Source: a virus | Direction: 5' to 3' (one strand) | Length of the DNA: 42,191 bases | Virus genome (UHGV): UHGV-0210215 | Shown: one piece after another, positions 8,907-17,052 of the stretch | Layout of the letters: each line of letters starts with the position of its first letter | Position numbering within the stretch: the first letter of the stretch is position 1 | The notes under the pieces: model-generated | What the model was told of the DNA's origin: nothing | What the model saw: only the letters and a program-made list of their open reading frames with translations | The model's database searches: none | Translations under genes and position numbers: made by a program

Positions 8907-9006
8907 AAAAGCACGCTCCACTTTCGACGGGAGAGCGCGCAAAAACAAATAAACAGTAGGCTTATTTGGTCATGCCTATTGTATCAAAGTTGAGGAGTTG
9001 AATCAA

Positions 9007-10128
9007 TTGGCAGTAAGAAAGCGTGGCAAATCATGGCAATTTGAAATATCATATAAAAAAGCTACTGGTGAATATAGCAAAATAAGAAAAGGCGGCTTTA
9101 AAACCAAAGCTGAAGCCAAGGAAGCTGAAATAGAAATGTCTTACAACCTAGGCCGAGGATATCAGGCTGACAAAAATAGCCTTACGTTATATGATTTTTT
9201 CAAGAACTGGATAGAATTGTACAAAGAAAATTATGTATCTGAAATAACTTACAGGAAATATTTAAACACATTGAGTGCTATAAAAGAATTGTTTCCTTAT
9301 ACCACATTATCAAGCCTAGATAAAGCAAACTATCAAAAATCGTTGAATAATTACGCTAAAACACATGCCAGATCTACAACTGCTAAATTAAACAATCATA
9401 TAAAATCAGCGCTAGATGATGCGGTAGAACAAGGATTAGTTCTCAGGAACCCCACTTATAACGTAGTGATTAAAGGACTTCCTAGCAAGCCTACAGAGAA
9501 TAAATACCTTAACTACGACGAGTTTCAGGCACTAATGCAACTCTTAGAGACTCGAATAAATCCCACCTATGCATCCCCATTCTTGCTTTTCTTTGCTGGG
9601 GCAACAGGTATGCGATTAGCTGAGCTTATGGGATTAACATGGTCTGATATTGATTTTGATAATGGAATAGTAGATGTTAATAAGACGTGGCTTTATAAGT
9701 TAAACAAATTCGGACCAACTAAAAATCCATCATCGCTAAGAAAAATTCCGATCGACAACAAAACACTATCTATTCTAAAAAAATATAAAAGCGATCAGGA
9801 GCAACTTATTAGTAACATCGGTATTGATAATCCTAATAATTTTATTTTTTTCAATATTAAGAATGGACCGGTCTCACAAAACGCTGTAACAAAACAGTTA
9901 CGAGTAAGGTTAAAAGAACTTGGTATAGATAAGCCACTTAGCATACACGGCTTGCGCCATACACATGCTTCGGTGCTTTTATATAAAGGAGTAAACATAC
10001 TATCAGTTTCAAAAAGATTAGGACATGCTGATATCAACACAACTATGAAAACATATTTGCATACAATCAAAGAGTTAGAAGAAAAGGATAATACCGCTAT
10101 TAAAAACATTATGGAAAATATCTACTAA
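9007..10128 (+). CDS. int: tyrosine site-specific integrase
   Basis: C-terminal HGLRHTHAS...LGH...Y catalytic signature and an N-terminal arm-binding type domain. Start set at the in-frame TTG, 9 nt after GAGGAG. Confidence 0.8.
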   Translation: MAVRKRGKSWQFEISYKKATGEYSKIRKGGFKTKAEAKEAEIEMSYNLGRGYQADKNSLTLYDFFKNWIELYKENYVSEITYRKYLNTLSAIKELFPYTTLSSLDKANYQKSLNNYAKTHARSTTAKLNNHIKSALDDAVEQGLVLRNPTYNVVIKGLPSKPTENKYLNYDEFQALMQLLETRINPTYASPFLLFFAGATGMRLAELMGLTWSDIDFDNGIVDVNKTWLYKLNKFGPTKNPSSLRKIPIDNKTLSILKKYKSDQEQLISNIGIDNPNNFIFFNIKNGPVSQNAVTKQLRVRLKELGIDKPLSIHGLRHTHASVLLYKGVNILSVSKRLGHADINTTMKTYLHTIKELEEKDNTAIKNIMENIY

Positions 10129-10340
10129 CTATGTGCCAAATTCGTGCCAAATTTTCCCGATTGCTATCTTTTTCTAGCTAACTGATTATTAATATTAAAA
10201 GCAAAACGTCTCCCGCCGACCACAATCGAATGCTGTAATCGTTGGCAGGGAACGTTGAAAAGGCGCTTTAAACCCTTATATTATAGGGGTTTTTCTTATT
10301 TTGTGCCAAACATGTGCCAAATGTTTAGCCTGTATCCAAT
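10129..10340. other. candidate attP: two pairs of GTGCCAAA arm-type repeats (10133-10155 and 10303-10326) flanking a ~145-bp core region
   Basis: TGTGCCAAAttcGTGCCAAAT and TGTGCCAAAcatGTGCCAAAT read in the sequence immediately 3' of int. Confidence 0.45.
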
Positions 10341-10442
10341 ATCCTATATATATAATAGTAACATAAATATTTTCCAAAATTATTTTTATTCTAGTTCTTT
10401 CTGTTACAATGAATATATAAAATTAACGAGAGAGGGTTTGAA

Positions 10443-11006
10443 ATGAAAAAAATAGTTTTGTTGGGATTAGGGATAGTTTTTCTTTCCGGTTGTACATCTA
10501 ATAATAATGAGACGAGCAATTCTTCTTCACAAGAAAAAGATAGTGTTAGCACTTCTCACTCAGTTGCTTCTCCTGTTTCTGATTCATCTTCGGAATCTGA
10601 GGCTACAGGAGTTACTTTTGAAAACACTACTCTTACAACTCCTGAAGGTATATTTACTTTGACTGGATCTAAAAGTAATGAGAGTGAAGATGGAGACAAG
10701 TCTATTTTTGTTACTTTTGATTACGAAAATACAACTGAAGAAAATCAAAATTTGGAGTTTCTTATTTGGGATTATTTCGATGCAAAACAAATTTTTCCAG
10801 ATACAACAGAAACCTTAAGTCCATTAATGTATATGGATGACTTTGAATATTATGATTTGTACGATAAAACTCAAGTTGAAATTAACCCCGGTGCAACCGT
10901 TCAAGCCGGTTATGGATATCTACTTAAAGATGCTGATTATCCTTTAATTATTGATTTTAGTGAAGACCCTTCAACTCCAATAGGAAGAATAGAATACGAC
11001 TATTAA
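10443..11006 (+). CDS. lipoprotein (187 aa), moron at the attP-proximal end
   Basis: Signal peptide plus lipobox (LSGC) and a Ser-rich linker. Own extended -10 promoter (TGtTACAAT at 10402-10410). Confidence 0.6.
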   Translation: MKKIVLLGLGIVFLSGCTSNNNETSNSSSQEKDSVSTSHSVASPVSDSSSESEATGVTFENTTLTTPEGIFTLTGSKSNESEDGDKSIFVTFDYENTTEENQNLEFLIWDYFDAKQIFPDTTETLSPLMYMDDFEYYDLYDKTQVEINPGATVQAGYGYLLKDADYPLIIDFSEDPSTPIGRIEYDY

Positions 11007-11013
11007 AATTTCA

Positions 11014-11048
11014 AAGCTCCTACCTCTTTTGGTAGAGAGCTTTTTTTA
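11014..11048 (+). terminator. rho-independent terminator after the lipoprotein gene
   Basis: GCTCCTACC....GGTAGAGAGC stem followed by T7. Confidence 0.55.
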
Positions 11049-11060
11049 TCTTCTGTTCGC

Positions 11061-11089
11061 TTTACAAAACGAACGTAAGTTCGTATACT
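11061..11089 (+). promoter_or_regulatory. SOS promoter: -35 TTTACA, 17-nt spacer holding a perfect Cheo/LexA box CGAACGTAAGTTCG (11070-11083), -10 TATACT
   Basis: Read in the sequence. Firmicute LexA consensus is CGAACnnnnGTTCG. Confidence 0.65.
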
Positions 11090-11110
11090 TTCCGTAAGGA
11101 GTGAGCTATT

Positions 11111-12475
11111 ATGGGAAGTTTTCGATACGAACTTGAGCCCAAACGTGACATTCTTTTTATTGATGTAAAATCATTTTATGCTTCAGTCGAATGCGTTCAA
11201 CGTGGATTTCATCCGCTCAAAACAATGCTAGTTGTCATGTCTCAATCGGATAATACAGGAAACGGACTGGTTCTTGCTGCTTCTCCATTGGCAAAAAAGA
11301 AATTGGGAATCTCAAACGTTACTCGTGCTGATAATTTACCGAACCATCCGCTCCTATTCAAGGTCCCTCCACGCATGAACTTATATATAAAAGAAAATCT
11401 GAAAGTAAACAATGTATTTAGAAAATATGTAGCCGATGAGGACCTACTCCTCTACTCTATTGATGAATCTATGATGGACGTAACTAAATCACTGAACTTG
11501 TTTGTCCCAGACAAAAGCTTATCTCGAAGCGAAAGACGATGGCGATTAGCTAAGATGATTCAGCGTGATGTATATGACACGACGATGCTCTATGTGACAG
11601 TAGGAATTGGCGATAATCCATTGCTCGCTAAGTTAGCATTAGACAACGAGTCAAAGCATAATAAATCTTTGATCGCCGAGTGGACCTATCAGGATGTAGA
11701 AAGTAAAGTTTGGAACATCTCTCCTATCACAGAATTCTGGGGCATTGGATCACGTACGAAAAAGCGTTTAGAGCGCATGGGAATAGAAACGATTGAGCAA
11801 CTTGCGAAGGCTAATCCCGATTTGTTGCGAAGTAGAATGGGGATCATAGGAGAACAGTTATACCATCATGCGAATGGAATTGATCGGACGATTATTTCTG
11901 AGCCAGCTCCTCAGACAAGAGATAAAAGTTATGGAAATAGTCAAGTGCTAAACAGGAATTATTATTTACAAGATGAAATCGAAATTGTTGTTAAAGAGAT
12001 GGCGGAACAGGTTGCTGCACGTATTCGCAGACATCACTGCCAAACTTCTTGTGTTTCCATTTACATTGGTGTTGCTTTTGGAGAAACACAAAAAGGGTTC
12101 TCACGACAGATGACGGTCCCACCTACTGATAACACAAAGAAGCTAGTTGAACATTGTCTTTTTTTATTTCGTAAATATTATACTGGTCAAGTCGTCCGTC
12201 ATGTAGGTATCACCTATTCAAAGTTAATTTACACATCAAGTATTCAGCTTGATTTATTTGCTGATGCTGAGGATCAGATAAAGCAAATGAAGCTAGACAA
12301 GATCATTGATAAGATAAGAGAAAAGTATGGATTTACTTCTATTGTTCATGCTAATAGCAAACTTGAAGGCGCTCGTGCGATTGCTCGGAGCAAATTGGTG
12401 GGCGGTCATGCCGGCGGCATGGATGGAATTTCGAATGAAGGGACTGATAAAAATAAACATCATAAGTCAATATGA
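11111..12475 (+). CDS. Y-family translesion DNA polymerase (UmuC/DinB/ImpB-like)
   Basis: N-terminus ILFIDVKSFYASVE with DESMMDV and VTVGIGDNPLLAKLA motifs typical of Y-family polymerases. 454 aa. Confidence 0.75.
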   Translation: MGSFRYELEPKRDILFIDVKSFYASVECVQRGFHPLKTMLVVMSQSDNTGNGLVLAASPLAKKKLGISNVTRADNLPNHPLLFKVPPRMNLYIKENLKVNNVFRKYVADEDLLLYSIDESMMDVTKSLNLFVPDKSLSRSERRWRLAKMIQRDVYDTTMLYVTVGIGDNPLLAKLALDNESKHNKSLIAEWTYQDVESKVWNISPITEFWGIGSRTKKRLERMGIETIEQLAKANPDLLRSRMGIIGEQLYHHANGIDRTIISEPAPQTRDKSYGNSQVLNRNYYLQDEIEIVVKEMAEQVAARIRRHHCQTSCVSIYIGVAFGETQKGFSRQMTVPPTDNTKKLVEHCLFLFRKYYTGQVVRHVGITYSKLIYTSSIQLDLFADAEDQIKQMKLDKIIDKIREKYGFTSIVHANSKLEGARAIARSKLVGGHAGGMDGISNEGTDKNKHHKSI

Positions 12476-12639
12476 GCAGAGGTATATTTCTTATTCAGAG
12501 TTTGTACAGGAATTTCCTGATAGTATATCTGAATCTCAAGAGTGCGTTTTTGGAACTCGTTGCGTAGAGTTTTATGTAGGCATGACTTTAGGAAAAACAA
12601 ATACTAGATATTTTATACAACCATATGGAGGCGATCACC

Positions 12640-12909
12640 ATGAAATCATTGAAAGGTGTAGTTTCGAAAATACGAGTGTTGAAGATGTCGAGGACCCCTT
12701 TGGTGCGTTTCTCACTTGACAATACAAATTGTCTGATTGCTGCACACAGTCTCAACTTTTTAGCAGATGTGGACGAAGGAATGCGGATAGTAGTTGCTGG
12801 TGAGTTTAACGATCGTAAGCAGTTTGTTGTGAAAAAATATTCGGTGATTGGCAAGACGAAGATTATGATTGAATTTGAATCGATAAAAAAGCAAAGTTTT
12901 TTAAAATAG
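12640..12909 (+). CDS. small protein (89 aa) downstream of the polymerase, possibly a YolD-like accessory factor
   Basis: GGAGG ribosome-binding site 8 nt upstream. No terminator between it and the polymerase gene. The position mirrors B. subtilis Y-polymerase/YolD-like pairs. No sequence motif was recognised. Confidence 0.4.
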   Translation: MKSLKGVVSKIRVLKMSRTPLVRFSLDNTNCLIAAHSLNFLADVDEGMRIVVAGEFNDRKQFVVKKYSVIGKTKIMIEFESIKKQSFLK

Positions 12910-12978
12910 CAAATTAAAAAACTGTTTTTGTGGTAAAATCGATTTATATTATTTTATTACGAATAAGGAGTGCTTTTT

Positions 12979-13461
12979 TTGAATGTTCTAGGTATAAGAG
13001 TTGAACCGAAAATAATCCACTATACAATTGTTTTTGATAATAATGAATTTACAGTAGATAAGTTATATGTTCCTATAAATATAGGTGTGCCAAGAAGACT
13101 ATCCTATATTCGCTCTAATTTACTTTCAATAGTTAAAGAAAATAAAATTTCTAAAATAGGTTTACGTGTTGTCGAACCCAATGCGGATATGAAAAACATT
13201 TCAAATCTTGCTACCCGCATAAACATTGAAGGAGTCATTCAAGAATTAATGTGCGACTGCAACATATCTGATTACCGCACTTATATTAAATCACAAATAG
13301 CAAGTTCCTTAAATTTAGAACGGAATATTATTAATGATTATTTAGAAGATACATCTATTTCTGCTCCTCTTAACATAGGGCTTGATGATTGGAATACTTA
13401 TTCTAAAAACCAGAAAGAGAGCATAATTATAGCGTTTAGTGTGAGAGGTATTGAAAAATGA
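12979..13461 (+). CDS. hypothetical protein (160 aa) translationally coupled to the kinase
   Basis: AAGGAG 8 nt upstream of an in-frame TTG. Its stop overlaps the kinase ATG (ATGA). Very AT-rich. No recognisable domain. Confidence 0.45.
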   Translation: MNVLGIRVEPKIIHYTIVFDNNEFTVDKLYVPINIGVPRRLSYIRSNLLSIVKENKISKIGLRVVEPNADMKNISNLATRINIEGVIQELMCDCNISDYRTYIKSQIASSLNLERNIINDYLEDTSISAPLNIGLDDWNTYSKNQKESIIIAFSVRGIEK

Positions 13462-14528
13462 GCGATAGCATTTTATTCGATAACATATATAATACAACCA
13501 TTCGAATTGAAGAAATAGAATCTCTTTCCCCAGAGACCCAAGGGAAAAATTCCACTGTTTTCATAGGAAAAGATCTTCAGATGGGTAAAAAATTCTTAAT
13601 AAAAAAAATTAATATAAAAAATTTAAGAAAATCGACTAGCGATATTTTTGAAGAAGCAAAGATTTTAGCCAATTCCATGCATAGAAATATAATGCCCCTT
13701 CAATATTCTTCTTATGATGAAGAGTATATATATATGGCAATTCCATATTTTAAAAACGGATCATTGAATGAATATATCAATAAATTTACCACGAATCAAA
13801 AAATGATTGAATATTGTTTAGATTTTTTAAGCGGTCTTGCACATGCTCACATTTTAGGAATCTTGCATTTGGATATTAAACCGAGTAACATAGTTATTGA
13901 TGATTCAGACAGAGCTCTTTTAACAGATTTTGGTCAAAGTCATTTACTTGGAGATGATGAATCAGTTGCTTTTACCAAACCAATATATTTACGTAATTTC
14001 ACTCCAAATATATTGGTTAAAAAAGAAGTTTGTGTCGATGATGATATATATCAAGTAGGCCTTATGATTTATAGAATTTTTAACGATTTTTACTACCAAG
14101 AGAGTTTAAATGATTTAGAAAAAATTGTTAATCAAGATCAATTTATAAAATATATTCTTGAACGAAAATTCCCTAATAATAACTTTATGCCAAACGTACC
14201 AAACAAGATTAGGAGTATTATAAAAAAATGCTTGGGTAGAGCGAACGATTCTTATAATTCAGTTATCGAAGTAATGAATGATTTGTCTCGAGTTGACAAA
14301 CAACTCCATGTGGGATATGAATATCACAAAGAATCTCAAACTATTAAATGGAGAAAACTTACAGAAACTGCTATAATTAATATAGAAATAGATTTAAATT
14401 CTAATAATGTTATAGCTAAAAGGGAGAATATTGCTTCAGGAAATATACGAAATGTAACAAAACTAAATAAATCTTTTAACTCACGAAAAGATGCATTTGA
14501 AGCTATTAAAAGTCATTTAGAGGAGTGA
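13458..14528 (+). CDS. eukaryotic-like (Hanks-type) Ser/Thr protein kinase, 356 aa
   Basis: Kinase subdomain motifs present: FLIKK (beta3 Lys), EEAKIL..HRNIMPL (alphaC then an HPNIV-like segment), catalytic loop HLDIKPSNIVID, DFG as LTDFGQS, subdomain IX DIYQVGLMIY. Confidence 0.7.
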   Translation: MSDSILFDNIYNTTIRIEEIESLSPETQGKNSTVFIGKDLQMGKKFLIKKINIKNLRKSTSDIFEEAKILANSMHRNIMPLQYSSYDEEYIYMAIPYFKNGSLNEYINKFTTNQKMIEYCLDFLSGLAHAHILGILHLDIKPSNIVIDDSDRALLTDFGQSHLLGDDESVAFTKPIYLRNFTPNILVKKEVCVDDDIYQVGLMIYRIFNDFYYQESLNDLEKIVNQDQFIKYILERKFPNNNFMPNVPNKIRSIIKKCLGRANDSYNSVIEVMNDLSRVDKQLHVGYEYHKESQTIKWRKLTETAIINIEIDLNSNNVIAKRENIASGNIRNVTKLNKSFNSRKDAFEAIKSHLEE

Positions 14529-14534
14529 TTATAT

Positions 14535-14702
14535 ATGATGTTAAAACCTAATCAAACTTTGACTAGAAGTAGACAAGCATCTCACAAAAAAGCCGCATCT
14601 GCCAAACCAAAAAAATACTCTCAAAAAGAAATTGAAGATGTTCTCAAGCAAACTGAGCTTTTAAGAATTGACGATAGATACTCATTTCTTATAAAGAAAT
14701 AA
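14535..14702 (+). CDS. Lys-rich small protein (55 aa), last gene of the kinase cassette
   Basis: GAGGAG 9 nt upstream, immediately after the kinase stop. Below the ORF-track size cutoff. Confidence 0.35.
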   Translation: MMLKPNQTLTRSRQASHKKAASAKPKKYSQKEIEDVLKQTELLRIDDRYSFLIKK

Positions 14703-14714
14703 AGTCTTAAAGAT

Positions 14715-14757
14715 TAAAACTCCTCTTACTCTATTATGAGAAAGAGGAGTTTTAATC
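14715..14757. terminator. bidirectional hairpin terminator (13-bp stem TAAAACTCCTCTT/AAGAGGAGTTTTA)
   Basis: U-rich tracts on both sides. Closes the kinase cassette. Confidence 0.5.
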
Positions 14758-14864
14758 TTTCATTAAATCAAGACAAAATATATTTCTAATCCCTGAAAAT
14801 TATTTATGACGATTTTCTAATCAATAATATCTATTACATTGAAATAATGCTAAAATAAAAAATC

Positions 14865-14914
14865 GAAGAGTATTAGGCGCACTTCCCCAAGTTTTCACCG
14901 CCTAACTACTCTTC
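14865..14914 (-). terminator. strong rho-independent terminator for the late operon (15-bp stem with one bulge, then GATTTTTTATTTT on the minus strand)
   Basis: GAAGAGTATTAGGCG...CGCCTAACTACTCTTC. Confidence 0.5.
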
Positions 14915-14991
14915 ATAAAATATTGCACGCACCTACTAATTTATAGTATAAACTTATTTACTGCAAGTAAAATGAATATGATCTATGTACA

Positions 14992-15015
14992 AGCCCGCTG
15001 AAGCGGGCTATTTGT
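14992..15015. terminator. GC hairpin AGCCCGC-tgaa-GCGGGCT directly after the endolysin stop
   Basis: Read in the sequence. A T-rich tract follows on the plus strand. Acts as the first of two tandem terminators for the late operon. Confidence 0.4.
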
Positions 15016-15960
15016 TTACCACGGAAGCTTGTTGTTGTTTAATGCTACTTGCAATGCTTTGACCATATTAGACACAGGGCTGATAAATCCATCCACTGTT
15101 GTCTTCAAGGCTCGTTGCATAGCTTTAATCATTTCTGTACCGCATAGTCCATCGATCACACCATTGTATAAACCTTTTGCTTTCAACCGTTTCTGCCATG
15201 TTCGAATCAGCGTTGATCCTTTAAGTGTATTATCGAATTGCGCCGCATAAAGGTTCTTGTTGCACGCTTGCCGGTATTGGTGACTGATTTCATCATCTGG
15301 AGTGATACCTTCGTACTTCATGGCTTTATTGGCAGTACTTGGACCAAACATGCCATCTTCTGCGATTTTATTGGTACTTGGTTTTGCAGATGGCATACTC
15401 GGTTTAGCTGCTGAATTGGAACCGCTAATCTTGCCAAACACCGCATCTTTGAACCGTTCTAGCTCACTTGGTTTTGCTACCCATGGAGCTGGGCAATTCT
15501 TGCCAGTAACATCATAATGTCGCCAAATCTTATTTCGAGTTATATTTGGATATTTTGCGATCAGTTCTTTGACAGCTTTAACGGTATTCTGGAATGTTTT
15601 CTCAGTGATATTTCCGTTTTTATCCAAGCACATCTCCACGCCGATAGCACCATAATTAGCGTTACCAATTTGCGAGTACAGTGGCTTGTAGATAGAACCA
15701 TCTGAATTGTATTTAACCGTATCGTTTGCATGATAAGCTACTTCGTCTAACGGAATGATACAAATAGCTTCATTGTCATCCACAAACAAATGAGCGGATG
15801 CATAAACGCCATTAAGATTATTGAAATAATCTTTGTGATTGCGAGCGGTACCTCCGTTGTTAGCCGTGTAATGCATGATGATGCCTTTGATTCCGTAGTT
15901 CTTGATTCCTGGACGAGAAAACTTATTGATTCTGATATATTCGTATTTGATGAAACTCAT
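15016..15960 (-). CDS. endolysin: N-acetylmuramoyl-L-alanine amidase (Amidase_2/PGRP) with a C-terminal peptidoglycan-binding domain
   Basis: HYTAN...ASAHLFVDD...AYHAN...GIGVEMC zinc-amidase motifs. C-terminal repeats resemble PG_binding_1. Confidence 0.8.
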   Translation of the reverse strand: MSFIKYEYIRINKFSRPGIKNYGIKGIIMHYTANNGGTARNHKDYFNNLNGVYASAHLFVDDNEAICIIPLDEVAYHANDTVKYNSDGSIYKPLYSQIGNANYGAIGVEMCLDKNGNITEKTFQNTVKAVKELIAKYPNITRNKIWRHYDVTGKNCPAPWVAKPSELERFKDAVFGKISGSNSAAKPSMPSAKPSTNKIAEDGMFGPSTANKAMKYEGITPDDEISHQYRQACNKNLYAAQFDNTLKGSTLIRTWQKRLKAKGLYNGVIDGLCGTEMIKAMQRALKTTVDGFISPVSNMVKALQVALNNNKLPW

Positions 15961-15994
15961 TTATATCATCCTTTCTACATTAAAAAAGAGCGGC

Positions 15995-16330
15995 TTATTC
16001 AGCCACTCCTTGGTCAACACCATCTTTCATCCCTTTTACTGCTGACTCAATCAGTAGGTCCAACTCGTCTTCAGTAAACTTAATGCCGTTCTTGTTAAAC
16101 AAGTCTACTAACTGAGCTTTGGCTTCTTGCAATTTAGCATCTCCATTTGCTTCTGCGTATACTTGCTGAACTGCTGATACAACGATCGCCACATAGTTTT
16201 TCTTGCTTTCCAACTGAGCTAAGACACCTTTCTTCTTCAAATATGCCGTTCCTTTTTGTCCGATGAAAGTTGTCGCCAAACCAACAACGACAATCAACAA
16301 GTTTAACAATACATCCTGTAATGCTTCCAT
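15995..16330 (-). CDS. holin
   Basis: 111 aa with an N-terminal TM helix (LLNLLIVVVGLATTFIG) and a charged C-terminus. Immediately upstream of the endolysin. Confidence 0.6.
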   Translation of the reverse strand: MEALQDVLLNLLIVVVGLATTFIGQKGTAYLKKKGVLAQLESKKNYVAIVVSAVQQVYAEANGDAKLQEAKAQLVDLFNKNGIKFTEDELDLLIESAVKGMKDGVDQGVAE

Positions 16331-16641
16331 TTAAATTCCACCTTTCAAATTTGCTAATTCTGTTTTCAACTCTTCGTTCTCGTCTTCTAACTCTTCAACC
16401 AATTTTTGGTAGTAAGCAATTTCCTTCTCATACTTGTTTTTGATATCAGAAATTTCTGCTTCGAGTTTATCGACTTTCCTCTCTAACTTATCTACCATCT
16501 CCTGATACTTCCTGTAGAGAACATCAGCATTTTCAGTATTAGTCTTTTCAAGATTTGCTTTGTTAGAATATTTAGTTCCTAGATAGGTGATATACCCACC
16601 GCCAAGAGCCACAATGATTGTAGTCAAGTTGATGTCTCCCA
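16331..16641 (-). CDS. TM plus coiled-coil protein (XhlA-like?), about 103 aa
   Basis: Start moved to a GTG with AAGGAGG 9 nt upstream. One TM helix followed by a Glu/Lys coiled coil. Confidence 0.4.
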
Positions 16642-16646
16642 CAGTA

Positions 16647-17006
16647 TCAGTCCTCCTTGATGGCAATTCCCATCGCAAGGAATGCCATTGCCAAGGATAA
16701 AATGCCAATTGTATTTGGTGGAGCAGATAAAACAAAAGACACTCCAAAGAGTGTCCAAAAGAATGTTAGTAGTACTAGCACTGTATGCTTTAATTTCTTG
16801 TTATTGATCACAATGCCTAAGATTTTGAGAAAACCCAATATCATAAACACTGCGCTGATCGCTCGATAGTCGAACAGTTCGGCAACCAACTGATATACTC
16901 TGTATTCTTGCAAAATTTCGGGGTGCAAAAACAACTGCAATCCATAAAAAACTGACACGATACTGAGAACTAAACTATCCCATTTGAGGATAATTATATT
17001 TTTCAT
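16647..17006 (-). CDS. small integral membrane protein (3 predicted TM helices), 119 aa
   Basis: Hydrophobic segments throughout. Part of the lysis and tail-end region. Confidence 0.45.
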   Translation of the reverse strand: MKNIIILKWDSLVLSIVSVFYGLQLFLHPEILQEYRVYQLVAELFDYRAISAVFMILGFLKILGIVINNKKLKHTVLVLLTFFWTLFGVSFVLSAPPNTIGILSLAMAFLAMGIAIKED

Positions 17007-17052
17007 ATGCCACCTACCTTCCTAAAATAAAAAGCACACTCGATTGAGCGTG

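Noticed and set aside
12327-12719. 130-aa ORF overlapping the polymerase 3' end and the next gene
   Set aside because: Out-of-frame overlap of two well-supported genes. No ribosome-binding site.
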